In this document: positions 38,341 through 48,030 of the stretch, one piece after another
How the letters are laid out: each line of letters starts with the position of its first letter
Position numbering within the stretch: the stretch's first letter is position 1
Origin: Arcticibacter sp.
Lineage (GTDB): Bacteria > Bacteroidota > Bacteroidia > 2-12-FULL-35-15
NCBI GenBank assembly: GCA_021155045.1
Contig: JAJNQB010000019.1
Span: 198,814 to 262,813 of the forward strand
Direction: 5' to 3'
DNA: 64,000 bases
Made by a program: the position numbers and the translations under genes
Notes under the pieces: model-generated
The model's database searches: none
What the model was told of the DNA's origin: nothing
The model's input: only the letters and a program-made list of their open reading frames with translations

Positions 38341-39824
38341 TTCACAATCAGTTTTTTACAAGAATAATAATTGTCTGTTATAACTTTTACAAAATATATT
38401 CCTGATTTTATATTATCCAAATTTAGTTCTACGTTATGACTTCCGTATTTTAATTCATCTTTTTTTTCTTCAATTAATAGTTGTCCAACTGAATTGAATA
38501 CTTCAATTGTTACATTTTTTGAATTGTAGTTCAATTCAAAAGTTACATTTACACTTTTTGCTGCAGGATTTGGAGATAAATTTAATTGATTATAAAAACT
38601 CCCCTTTTCAGTTATACCTACTATTGCTTCTGAACCACAGGCAACTCCGTTTTTTTTAAAGTAGTTGATAGTGTGATTTATGGTTCGATATCCGCCCATC
38701 GGGAATAAATTATGAGAATAGGAATAATCATAAATTCCTAATCCAGCAACATAAGTTGTTGATTCATATGGTGGAGGTCCATTCGTATCGATATTTCCCC
38801 AGCAATTTTCATTTGGACAGAAAGCAAACCCTGGAACGTAATTGGATTTAAAAGTCAACAAGTTTAAACTACAATAATTCTTGTAGCTCAATGTTTTTTC
38901 TTCTGTGTTGATAGTTTCAAAAGGGAAATTAGTTATTTCTGAAAATCTATAATAGCTTAAGTTAATTGTATCTGTTGTTTCTATGGATGAAGAAATGTTA
39001 AATATTTTTTTTTGAATGGTATATTTGATTGAATCAATTGAAACGAATTTATTTAAAACAGTATATTTTTTATAACGGTTGTAATCACCTGGAGGGTAAG
39101 AATAATCTGAAAGATATTCATGAAATTGAATTTCATCTGCAATTTGATAATCATATATAAGTTCATTTGTGATTTTATTAATTCCACCATTTGGTGATAA
39201 GTTTCCAATTAGTTTAATTGGTTTTAAAACATTCGGAAAAGAATCAATTGTAAAAAAAGTTGATAGTCCCCAATTTTTACATACTGTTATTTCTTTTTGA
39301 TTCAAGGGCGAATTAATAATGTTTCCTAGATTATCTTTATGAATTATTTTGTAAAAACGAACAGAATCAATATTTCCAAAAATCGATATGGTGTCAGAAC
39401 GGTCAAAGAATAAATAAAATTTATTGCTTGTGTTTTGATAAAAAATTATTGTATCATTCGTATTTGTGTTAAATGAAAATTGTAAAGTATCATCTGGGAG
39501 GGTAATAAATTTATAGTTAAATAAATTATTGTAAATTATTTTTGATCCAACCCATGAAGGTGTATTCTGAGGGAAACAATCTTGTGAGCCCCAGAATGTA
39601 CAAGTTGAACTTGTAATTGGGTTTGTGTAATCAATTAATTTAAAATTTTGATAGATGCTATCTGTTCCATTAGCAAATACAGAATCAAAAGAGATGTTAT
39701 AAGCTCTAGAGAAGCTTGTGGAGTCAACAAATATTTTTTTTGAATTGGAATTAAATAATTTATAGTTCTGACCTATAAGAGCGGAATTAAGAAGAATGAA
39801 AAAACATATAAAGCATCGTTTCAT
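38337..39824 (-). CDS. Secreted protein of unknown function with T9SS C-terminal sorting domain
   Basis: 495 aa with a signal peptide. The C-terminal ~80 aa fit the T9SS type A pattern (LSPNPA...V..ELN...V.IEVFN..GQL......G.YFVKV). Confidence 0.7.
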   Translation of the reverse strand: MKRCFICFFILLNSALIGQNYKLFNSNSKKIFVDSTSFSRAYNISFDSVFANGTDSIYQNFKLIDYTNPITSSTCTFWGSQDCFPQNTPSWVGSKIIYNNLFNYKFITLPDDTLQFSFNTNTNDTIIFYQNTSNKFYLFFDRSDTISIFGNIDSVRFYKIIHKDNLGNIINSPLNQKEITVCKNWGLSTFFTIDSFPNVLKPIKLIGNLSPNGGINKITNELIYDYQIADEIQFHEYLSDYSYPPGDYNRYKKYTVLNKFVSIDSIKYTIQKKIFNISSSIETTDTINLSYYRFSEITNFPFETINTEEKTLSYKNYCSLNLLTFKSNYVPGFAFCPNENCWGNIDTNGPPPYESTTYVAGLGIYDYSYSHNLFPMGGYRTINHTINYFKKNGVACGSEAIVGITEKGSFYNQLNLSPNPAAKSVNVTFELNYNSKNVTIEVFNSVGQLLIEEKKDELKYGSHNVELNLDNIKSGIYFVKVITDNYYSCKKLIVN

Positions 39825-39858
39825 TTACAGCTTGTAATTGGTAATGTATCAAATATAA

Positions 39859-40380
39859 TTATTTTTCATCCTTAAACCAACTACTATACATTACATAATT
39901 ATTTGCAATTCTATTTATTTCGCCATTAATTAATTCTTGATTTATATCTTTTACTTTTTTTGCAGGAACGCCAGCATAAATTACTCCTGATTCTACTTTT
40001 GTTCCTTCTAATACTACTGCACCAGCAGCAATTATAGTGTTACTTCCTATTTCACAATTATCCATTACGATTGCACCCATTCCAATTAATACGTTATCAT
40101 GAACGGTGCAGCCATGAACTAATGCATTGTGCCCAATAGAAACATTGTTGCCAATGATTGTTTTGGTTTTTTCATACGTACAATGGATAACTGCCCCATC
40201 TTGAACATTTACTTTGTTGCCCATTCGAATTGAATTTACGTCTCCTCTTACAACTGCATTAAACCAAATGCTGCATTCATTTCCCATTATAACATCACCC
40301 ACAATGGTTGAATTTTCTGCCAAATAACAATCATCACCAAATTTTGGGAGAATGCCTTTTACTGGTTTTATTAGTGCCAT
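39859..40380 (-). CDS. Gamma carbonic anhydrase family / hexapeptide-repeat protein
   Basis: 173 aa left-handed beta-helix repeats. Typical N-terminus ...P.FG.DCYLAENSTIVGDV and a His triad region. Confidence 0.9.
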   Translation of the reverse strand: MALIKPVKGILPKFGDDCYLAENSTIVGDVIMGNECSIWFNAVVRGDVNSIRMGNKVNVQDGAVIHCTYEKTKTIIGNNVSIGHNALVHGCTVHDNVLIGMGAIVMDNCEIGSNTIIAAGAVVLEGTKVESGVIYAGVPAKKVKDINQELINGEINRIANNYVMYSSWFKDEK

Positions 40381-40589
40381 ATATTTTTTATATTAAAAGT
40401 AAAAATACAATTTATAATGTTTAACCGCAATTAGACAGTAGAAAGCTTTGGAAAACTTCACGATTCTTCTGTTTGGAGTTTAATGAATATTTTCATCAAT
40501 TATTTTCTAATAAAATTGATAGATTCAAACACCCGAAAATTAATTTTGCTAATATGAGTAATGTCATTTGCAAAATTCATTTTTATTTA

Positions 40590-40597
40590 TAGATTTG
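40590..40597 (+). promoter_or_regulatory. -7 box TAGATTTG upstream of the T9SS thioredoxin-fold gene
   Basis: Exact TAnnTTTG match 23 nt before the ATG at 40620. Confidence 0.4.
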
Positions 40598-40619
40598 AGT
40601 CAAATTTAAAAAATAGAAA

Positions 40620-41402
40620 ATGAAATACATTATACAATTAAGTATCATCTTGCTAATTAGCAAAACAGCTATCATAGCTCAAACTACAGCAACCGATTTT
40701 ACTGTAAATGATTGTGTCGGAAATTCACATCATTTGTTTGGAGAGCTGGATGCAGGAAAAGTAATTGTAATTGATTGGGTAATGCCTTGTGCTTCATGCA
40801 TTGCTCCTTCCATTGCTGCATACAATGCTGTTCAAAGTTATGCAGCATCTCACCCAGGACAAGTGCTTTTTTATTTAGCCGATGATGTTGCAAATACAAC
40901 ATGCGCAACATTAACATCTTGGGGAAATACAAATGGTTTAACAAATGCAGTTAAATTTTCGAATGCTGCCATTTCTATGAATGATTATGGCACTGCTGGT
41001 ATGCCTAAAATAGTTGTTTTGGGTGGGGCAAACCATACTATATTTTACAATCAAAATTCAGGGGTAACTACATCAAATGTTCAAGCTGCTATTGATGCTG
41101 CATTGTTGGTGGCTGGTATAAATGAAGATAAAAATGCAACAAAAATTTTTAATGTATTTCCCAATCCAACTGTTGATAAATTGGGATTTGAATATTATGT
41201 ATCTGAAAAGAAAAATATAAAAATTCAAATTTGCGATATTTATGGAAAAATAATAATAGAAGAAATACCTGAAAATGGAAGTATTGTCGCTGGAGTTAAT
41301 AAAAGAGAAATTAATATTGAAAATTTAGATTCAGGAATTTATTTTTTACAAATTAAAACAGATACAGGCTACAAGGTTAAAAAATTTGTTGTTAGCAAAT
41401 AA
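40620..41402 (+). CDS. Thioredoxin-fold (redoxin-like, CxxC) protein with T9SS C-terminal sorting domain
   Basis: 260 aa: signal peptide, then GKVIVIDWVMPCASCIAP (a W..PCxxC redoxin-like site), then a C-terminal FPNPT...IKIQICDIYGK...GIYFLQIKT T9SS domain. Confidence 0.6.
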   Translation: MKYIIQLSIILLISKTAIIAQTTATDFTVNDCVGNSHHLFGELDAGKVIVIDWVMPCASCIAPSIAAYNAVQSYAASHPGQVLFYLADDVANTTCATLTSWGNTNGLTNAVKFSNAAISMNDYGTAGMPKIVVLGGANHTIFYNQNSGVTTSNVQAAIDAALLVAGINEDKNATKIFNVFPNPTVDKLGFEYYVSEKKNIKIQICDIYGKIIIEEIPENGSIVAGVNKREINIENLDSGIYFLQIKTDTGYKVKKFVVSK

Positions 41403-41426
41403 TGTATAAATAACAAAAAGATAAAT

Positions 41427-42428
41427 ATGCAGCTTGGTGGAGTTTTTAATTTTTTTGTTCTACTTTTTTTATTTCTGATGTCAAGTAACAGTCTTGCTCA
41501 GGGCTGTTGTTCAGGAGGAAGTGGCAGCCCAATTGCTGGGGGTGCATCACAAGGTGTTCTAAAGGACAGACAAATGGAAATAGGACTTAGTTATCAAAAT
41601 GTTTTAACAAAAAAATCATTTTCAAAAGATAGCGATACACTTCCTCTAATAGATAAATTTAGTAGTAACTATCTTTACTTTCGGTTAGCATACGGATTAA
41701 CAAAAGATTTAACTATTTCTGTTGAAACAGGATACTTTATCAATAAAACTCAGGTTGGTTTAAACAAAAGAGACACCATTCATTCATCTGGTATTGGAGA
41801 TTTAATTTTGTTTCCGAGATATACTGTTTTAAGTAAAAATACAGAGGCTAAAAGAAGTGAGATAACGCTTGGTTTAGGGTATAAAATTCCTTTAGGTAAA
41901 CACGATGACTCTACGGTAGTATATACTGATCCTTCAAGCGGAAAAAAATACTACATAACTTCGCCTCCAATGGTTCAAACCACAACAGGATCCCATGATT
42001 TTATTTTTTATTCTTTTTTTTATAGGGGCTACCCTTATAAAGATTTTCGATTGTTTTTGACAACAATGTATATTAGTACAGGATGGAATTCATTAGGACA
42101 AAAATTTGGCAATTATGCATCTGTTAGCATATATGCAGGTAAAACATTTTATAAAAAAATTGGTCTCACTTTGCAAATAAGAGGAGAGTGGATGGCTAAA
42201 TTGCAATCTGCTAAAAACATTGACATGGTGGCTTTGTATAATGTTTATCCTGAATCAACAGGTGGCAGAAAAATATTGATTGTACCACAATTTAATTATA
42301 CCTATAAAGCCTTTACTTTTTTTTGTTTAAGCGAATTCCCTATTTACCAATATTTAAATGGCAATCAAATTGGTTCAGAAAGGCTAATCACAGTTGGACT
42401 TTCTTCACGATTTAATACATACAAATAA
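41427..42428 (+). CDS. Outer-membrane beta-barrel protein with CC motif at the mature N-terminus
   Basis: 333 aa. The signal peptide ends in SLAQG, followed by CCSGGSGSPIAGG. The rest has an amphipathic strand pattern. Confidence 0.5.
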   Translation: MQLGGVFNFFVLLFLFLMSSNSLAQGCCSGGSGSPIAGGASQGVLKDRQMEIGLSYQNVLTKKSFSKDSDTLPLIDKFSSNYLYFRLAYGLTKDLTISVETGYFINKTQVGLNKRDTIHSSGIGDLILFPRYTVLSKNTEAKRSEITLGLGYKIPLGKHDDSTVVYTDPSSGKKYYITSPPMVQTTTGSHDFIFYSFFYRGYPYKDFRLFLTTMYISTGWNSLGQKFGNYASVSIYAGKTFYKKIGLTLQIRGEWMAKLQSAKNIDMVALYNVYPESTGGRKILIVPQFNYTYKAFTFFCLSEFPIYQYLNGNQIGSERLITVGLSSRFNTYK

Positions 42429-42445
42429 AAATAATTTTTTTCGAA

Positions 42446-42805
42446 TTACTTTTGTTCGGTACATGTTCCTTTACCCTTTTTACAACAATCATCAAGTTTG
42501 TCAAAAGCTTCTTTATTGGCTGGTACATCATCTGCATCGTATCCAGCATTTGTAATTGCTTTTCGAATTTTTTCCGGTGAAGTTTTTTCTGGGTTATATT
42601 TTACTTTTACAATTTTTGTTTTTAAATCTACATTTACCTTTTTCACTCCTTTTTCTAGGACAAGATAATTTTTAATATTTTTTTCGCACATTTCACATAC
42701 CACAGTCGTTTTAATTTCTATTTCTGCCATCTTTGCGTCTTTTTGCGCATTTGCTTTAAACATTATTGTTAATGCTATTAAGCTTAAAATTAATTTTGTT
42801 TTCAT
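42446..42805 (-). CDS. Exported heavy-metal-associated (HMA) domain protein
   Basis: 119 aa with a signal peptide. HMA fold with CEMC (CxxC) and an extra C-terminal DDCCKKGKGTC cluster. Confidence 0.85.
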   Translation of the reverse strand: MKTKLILSLIALTIMFKANAQKDAKMAEIEIKTTVVCEMCEKNIKNYLVLEKGVKKVNVDLKTKIVKVKYNPEKTSPEKIRKAITNAGYDADDVPANKEAFDKLDDCCKKGKGTCTEQK

Positions 42806-42810
42806 ATTGT

Positions 42811-44508
42811 TTAGTTTTTAATTATTATTGATGTAAACTGATTGTTTGTTGTAAATACTTTCACAAAATAAGTGCCAGAGCTAAGTGTGGAAACATCTAT
42901 ATTGTTCAGTTCGTTTGTGTTTCGAACTACTTTTTGAATTAATTTTTCTCCTTGCAAATTAAATATTTCTAATAATTCAATTTTTTCAGTACGATTATTT
43001 AATCGTAAAGAAAAATTAGTGTTTGTAGGATTCGGATAAATTTTTAAATCATTATCTTTTTTATTAATTAAACTTATTCCCGTTTGACTAGGAACAACTA
43101 CAAATTGTCCCATCATTCCATCATCTTCATGCATTAGTATATGGCAGTGATACATGAAGGGAGTTAAAGTATCTGCAAAATCTTCAAATTTTGTTATAAA
43201 TCGTATAGTTTCATTTGATTCAATTAGTACAACATCTTTTTTCCCTCGTTCATGTAATGGAGGCAAATTTCCATCTCTATCAAGTATATAAAATTGGATA
43301 TCATGTATGTGAAAAGGATGTGCCACCATTGTTTGATTTGTTATTTCCCAAATTTCAATATTATCTAAAGGTATTTGGTAATCTATCCTCATCATATCAA
43401 ATGATAATCCGTTAAAATAAAATGGACCATCCATTGACATCATGGATTGGGCAGACATGATAATATTTCTAGTAATATTTGATTGTGATTCTAAAAATGG
43501 ATTTATTGAAGCCAATGTTGTGGGGGTAGTTAATATTGGATTAATAGTTTGACTTCCAATATTTAATTGCAATAAATTATAATCTATTCCATTCAACGGG
43601 CTGTCCATTGGAGGATTTCCTGGAGGCATGGGCATAGTTGGACCTCCTTGAACACCCATTGGCAATTCAGAGCCATAACTCATTAAATGAATTGTTTGTC
43701 CAATCATTCCAGTTAAATCTAACAATACTTCTGCGCGTTCACCTGGCGCTAATCGCACTCTTGTTGAAGAAATAGGTGTATTTAACAAACCTCCATCACT
43801 AGCAATAATATAAAATGATTTATTTGCTGTAAATCCAAAATTCATTACACGTTCACCAGAAGCATTCAATAGCCTTAACCTTACAACTTGAGAGGGTAAA
43901 TTCAAATATGGATTCATTGTTCCGTTTACCATTATTGTACTATCTTGCATACCTTGTGGCATCAATTGATTTACACTATCAAATTGAACGGATTGAACAA
44001 TGATTGGGAAATCATCGATCCCATATCTTCGAGGTAAAGTCAGTAAAGCTTCTTGGTTATCTCTTACTATAATCATTCCAACAGCTCCTTTTATAGCCTG
44101 TTCAGCAGTTTTCATGTGAGTGTGTGGATGATACCAATAAGTAGCTGCACTATTCATTACAGTAAATTGAGGATTCCATGTGGTACTTGGTAAAATTGGT
44201 GTATGCGGACCTCCATCATTGATTGCTGCAACGTGTAAGCCGTGCCAATGAACAGTTGTTGTATCTTGTAGTTGGTTATTTACCACTATACTAACATTGT
44301 TGCCATTATTTAAAATTAATGTTGGACCTAAATAACTATATGAATTAAAAGCAAAAGTATTCGTCTTTATTCCAGAAAGAAATTGCATACTATCTTCATG
44401 CATATTTAACGTAATTGTAGCACTTGCAATTGTGTCTGGAATAAATAACGGTTGTTGGGCTTTGGCAATAAAACTGTATAGCAAAAATAAAATAAGATAT
44501 TTTTTCAT
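42811..44508 (-). CDS. Multicopper oxidase with Met/Pro-rich insert and T9SS C-terminal sorting domain
   Basis: 565 aa. Cu motifs HWHGLH, WYHPHTH, HPFHIHD and HCHILMHEDDGMM. Contains MGVQGGPTMPMPPGNPPM and a C-terminal IYPNPT...GTYFVKVFT domain. Confidence 0.92.
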   Translation of the reverse strand: MKKYLILFLLYSFIAKAQQPLFIPDTIASATITLNMHEDSMQFLSGIKTNTFAFNSYSYLGPTLILNNGNNVSIVVNNQLQDTTTVHWHGLHVAAINDGGPHTPILPSTTWNPQFTVMNSAATYWYHPHTHMKTAEQAIKGAVGMIIVRDNQEALLTLPRRYGIDDFPIIVQSVQFDSVNQLMPQGMQDSTIMVNGTMNPYLNLPSQVVRLRLLNASGERVMNFGFTANKSFYIIASDGGLLNTPISSTRVRLAPGERAEVLLDLTGMIGQTIHLMSYGSELPMGVQGGPTMPMPPGNPPMDSPLNGIDYNLLQLNIGSQTINPILTTPTTLASINPFLESQSNITRNIIMSAQSMMSMDGPFYFNGLSFDMMRIDYQIPLDNIEIWEITNQTMVAHPFHIHDIQFYILDRDGNLPPLHERGKKDVVLIESNETIRFITKFEDFADTLTPFMYHCHILMHEDDGMMGQFVVVPSQTGISLINKKDNDLKIYPNPTNTNFSLRLNNRTEKIELLEIFNLQGEKLIQKVVRNTNELNNIDVSTLSSGTYFVKVFTTNNQFTSIIIKN

Positions 44509-44517
44509 GATTAAAAA

Positions 44518-45417
44518 TTATTGTATAACTACTTTTTTAGTTTTAACTACATCGCCACTTTTTAAACTTATAAAATAAATTCCTTTCAACAGTTTTGATG
44601 TTTCAATTTGAAATACATTATTCCCAGCATTTGATGATACTTGAACAGTTTCAATAACTTTTTTTCCAGTAACATCTGTTAAGTCAATAAATATCTCTGG
44701 CTCTTTTTTTGAAACATAAGTAACATTTAAAAAATTAGTAGCGGGGTTTGGACTTATGCTAATATCATTTACAGTCATTGAATTTTCATTAACCCCCGTT
44801 GTTCCACCAAAAAAATTCAAATCATCAATATATAAATAACTATTATTTACAGGAGTTACTCCATTTGCTCCACTAGACGAAAGAATGATGATTGCTGAAT
44901 CAGGAGTGGCACTACTCAAATAATTTAATGGAATAGTAAAGTTTGCCCAACTCATTACCATAGCACCTAAATTTTGAACTGTATTAGAAATAGTATCTCT
45001 TGAATTTGTTCCTGAATTCCATTTTGTCAAATAAATAGCTATAAACCCTTCGTCACTACCATAAGCCATGTGTTGCCATTTTCCTTTTAAACTAACAGGT
45101 CTGCCATTAAATGGAAAACCTGAAGCAGCAGAAAAAGTTGAAGTGTTGATTGTACCACTAATTGCGATACCCGGAACAACTCCCATCGTTGCTACAGTTT
45201 TTGACGTCAATTTAATATACGATGCCCCAACACTTCCAGGAGTTCCTTTTGTACAAGTATAAATACTTGCAACAGAAGTATATGAGTTTAAATTACCCCA
45301 ATTGTCGGGAGTATTGTATGAACCTTGATTAGTCCAGTTTTCAAAGCCATTATTTGGAATTTGTGCAATTGCAAAAGTTGCAAATGACACTAAGCATAAA
45401 ATTAATTTTGTTTTCAT
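44518..45417 (-). CDS. Secreted protein of unknown function with T9SS C-terminal sorting domain
   Basis: 299 aa with a signal peptide. The N-terminal IPNNGFENW... beta-sandwich-like region may be PCMD/CBM-like (unverified). C-terminal ISPNPA...GIYFISL domain. Confidence 0.65.
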   Translation of the reverse strand: MKTKLILCLVSFATFAIAQIPNNGFENWTNQGSYNTPDNWGNLNSYTSVASIYTCTKGTPGSVGASYIKLTSKTVATMGVVPGIAISGTINTSTFSAASGFPFNGRPVSLKGKWQHMAYGSDEGFIAIYLTKWNSGTNSRDTISNTVQNLGAMVMSWANFTIPLNYLSSATPDSAIIILSSSGANGVTPVNNSYLYIDDLNFFGGTTGVNENSMTVNDISISPNPATNFLNVTYVSKKEPEIFIDLTDVTGKKVIETVQVSSNAGNNVFQIETSKLLKGIYFISLKSGDVVKTKKVVIQ

Positions 45418-45488
45418 TCTTTTTTTTGTTTTTGTTGTTCTTAATAATTACTATTTCGTAATACTTAATACCCTGTACTTAATGCTTA

Positions 45489-47711
45489 TTACTTTATTTC
45501 CATTCTTATTCCAAAATAAATGATTCTTCCTTCGAGCGGAGCATATATCATGGATGCATCAAAATTCGCACCATAGGGCTTATCTGCTGCCACAATTGCA
45601 TTTTTTTGAGTGTAATTTAAAATGTTTTCGCAGCCTAAATATGTCTCAAATTTTCTAAATTTTTTTGTTATTTGTGCTTGCAATAAAAAATAACTTTTTG
45701 ACTTTTTGGGTAATTGATACTCCACAGGGCTTTGAACAGTACTTGGTAATCTGCTTATTCCAAACCAATTGGTTGTAAAATCAAATTTCCAAACTTCCAT
45801 ATAGGTTGTATAAGCCATATTAAGCATCACTCTGTGTTTTGGAACATAAGGTTTGTCAAGCAACTCATAGTTGTAAGTAGTTTTTACATCATACCATTTA
45901 TAAGCCATTTTTACTGCAAAATCTTCGATGGGCTCAAACCCAAAATCGGTTTGTAAGCTGTAAGAATATGATTGACCTTTTAAATTATAAAAAACAACTT
46001 GATTTACATGTTGGTCTAAATCTACTACAATTTGATTTTCGAAATCGGTTCTAAAAAAATCTAAATTGATAAATGCTTCGTTTCCAAACAGCTTAAATTG
46101 TTGATTAACTGAAATGCCATAATTCCATGCTATTTCAGGTTTAAATTTTTCCTGAATAATTACTTTCCTTGAGCTAGCAAAAACAGATTGGTTTTCAACA
46201 AAAATATTACTTGTTCTAAAGCCTCTTCCTGCAGATAATCTTAATGTTGTTTTTTTAGTTACATTATACCTTAAATGTAATCTTGGGGTATAAAATAATC
46301 CGAACATGTTGTGGTAGTCGCCTCTAATGCCGGCTACTAATGAAAACTTGTCGCTATGTGTATAGGTATATTCGGCAAAAACACCCGGTACGTTTTCTGT
46401 ACGCATAAATGTAGAGTCATTAAAATTTTCAAAATAATCATCAAATAGATAGCTGGCGCCTAATTTATATTTATGGTCAGTAGTATTAATAATATTTGCA
46501 TAAATTACATTTGCATAAAAATTTTTCTGTGTTCCTTCGTAGGTTTTTATTCCAAAAAACATATCTTGTTGTTGAATTTTTCCAGAGGTTTGAATGCCTA
46601 CACTTTTGTATGGTTTTGAAGGGAACATAAATCCTGTTTTGCTAAAATACTCAACAGATTTAGTATTAATACCAATGCCAAATTTCTTGGTTGTTCCATA
46701 ATCTTCCTTATAGTTAAATTCTTTTTGTCCTCCAGCCCTATTTTCCAGCAAGCCTTTAATTCCAAATTGAAATTCAAAATTTTTCTGATTGTGAAAATCC
46801 CATCTGTTAAAAATATTGTATTGTCTGGTTAATGGCATATCTAAAAAGGAGTCGTTATTATTGTCTTGTTTCATACTAACATCACTAATATGGGTAAATA
46901 ATAACGTACTCCATTTTTGGTTTATTTTTTTCCCAAAATGTATATTTGCTTCAGTTCTGCTTTTTTCATTTGCATATAAATTTATAAAGAACCTTGCTTT
47001 TTGATTTTGAGGTTTTAAAAATTCGAGATTTATTTGCCCCGAAATACTTTCATAACCGTTTACTACAGATCCTGTTCCTTTTGTTACCATGATATTATCA
47101 ATCCAAGTTCCTGGAATATAATTTAAGCCATAAGCAGCGGAAAGTCCTCGAAGCATTGGCATGTTTTCAGAAAGTATTTGAGTGTAAACACCATCGAGTC
47201 CAAGCATTTGAATTTTTTTTGCACCAGAAACAGCATCTGTAAAAGCAACATCAACAGAGGCATTGGTGCTAAAACTTTCAGACAAATTACAACATGCAGC
47301 TTTTAATAATTCCTTACCACTAATTATTTCTGTGTTTATTGGTGTAAATATTTTGTTCATAGTGGTGCTTTGTTTTTCAATAACCTCAACTTCTCCTAAC
47401 ACCACAGTGTTTTTTAATTTAATATTCAAATTGGTTAAATCTTTTTTAGTAATCAGAATGGTATCGCTATTATAACCAATGGAACTTGCAATAAGTTTTG
47501 CTGGAATAGAATCTGGGTTTGCCAACTGAAAAGAACCATCTACTGCTGAAACAACTCCTATTTGTGTTCCTTCCCAATAGATATTAACACCAGGTAGCAT
47601 TTCTGTAATCCCATTTTTATCTATACTTAAAACTTTTCCTGAAATATACTGAGCAGAAAGAGAGTTTGTTGCAACAAGCCAAACAAATAGTATGTAAAAT
47701 ATTTTTTTCAT
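45489..47711 (-). CDS. TonB-dependent receptor with N-terminal CarboxypepD_reg domain
   Basis: 740 aa: signal peptide, GKVLS...GVNIYWEG, plug (GLDGVYTQIL...), a 22-strand-sized barrel, and a C-terminal YFGIRMEIK. Confidence 0.9.
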   Translation of the reverse strand: MKKIFYILFVWLVATNSLSAQYISGKVLSIDKNGITEMLPGVNIYWEGTQIGVVSAVDGSFQLANPDSIPAKLIASSIGYNSDTILITKKDLTNLNIKLKNTVVLGEVEVIEKQSTTMNKIFTPINTEIISGKELLKAACCNLSESFSTNASVDVAFTDAVSGAKKIQMLGLDGVYTQILSENMPMLRGLSAAYGLNYIPGTWIDNIMVTKGTGSVVNGYESISGQINLEFLKPQNQKARFFINLYANEKSRTEANIHFGKKINQKWSTLLFTHISDVSMKQDNNNDSFLDMPLTRQYNIFNRWDFHNQKNFEFQFGIKGLLENRAGGQKEFNYKEDYGTTKKFGIGINTKSVEYFSKTGFMFPSKPYKSVGIQTSGKIQQQDMFFGIKTYEGTQKNFYANVIYANIINTTDHKYKLGASYLFDDYFENFNDSTFMRTENVPGVFAEYTYTHSDKFSLVAGIRGDYHNMFGLFYTPRLHLRYNVTKKTTLRLSAGRGFRTSNIFVENQSVFASSRKVIIQEKFKPEIAWNYGISVNQQFKLFGNEAFINLDFFRTDFENQIVVDLDQHVNQVVFYNLKGQSYSYSLQTDFGFEPIEDFAVKMAYKWYDVKTTYNYELLDKPYVPKHRVMLNMAYTTYMEVWKFDFTTNWFGISRLPSTVQSPVEYQLPKKSKSYFLLQAQITKKFRKFETYLGCENILNYTQKNAIVAADKPYGANFDASMIYAPLEGRIIYFGIRMEIK

Positions 47712-47733
47712 TCTAAATCAATGTTATAAATGT

Positions 47734-48030
47734 TTAATCTCCATTAGCCAACTGTAAAAATTCTCTTATTATTTTAATATCATTATTCGACATATTGGCT
47801 CTTATCTTCATGTGCATAGATACTGTTTCCCATTTGTCGTCATCATAAACTACAGGCGTTGGTAAATTGTGGCAACGAGCACAGTTTTCTGCCCATAATT
47901 GAGAGCCAGCCTTTTCTGTTTTTTCTGTTTCACTATTTTTATTTACAACACAAGCATTAAAAAATGTGAGTGAAAAAATAAAAGAGAGTAACACCAATTT
48001 TTTGTTTTTATTTAAAATGCTAATGCCCAT
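47734..48030 (-). CDS. Small c-type cytochrome lipoprotein
   Basis: About 98 aa from the ATG at 48030. Lipoprotein signal FFNAC, heme motif CARCH, and a possible Met ligand in VSMHM. The start overlaps the upstream gene by 19 nt. Confidence 0.65.
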   Translation of the reverse strand: MGISILNKNKKLVLLSFIFSLTFFNACVVNKNSETEKTEKAGSQLWAENCARCHNLPTPVVYDDDKWETVSMHMKIRANMSNNDIKIIREFLQLANGD

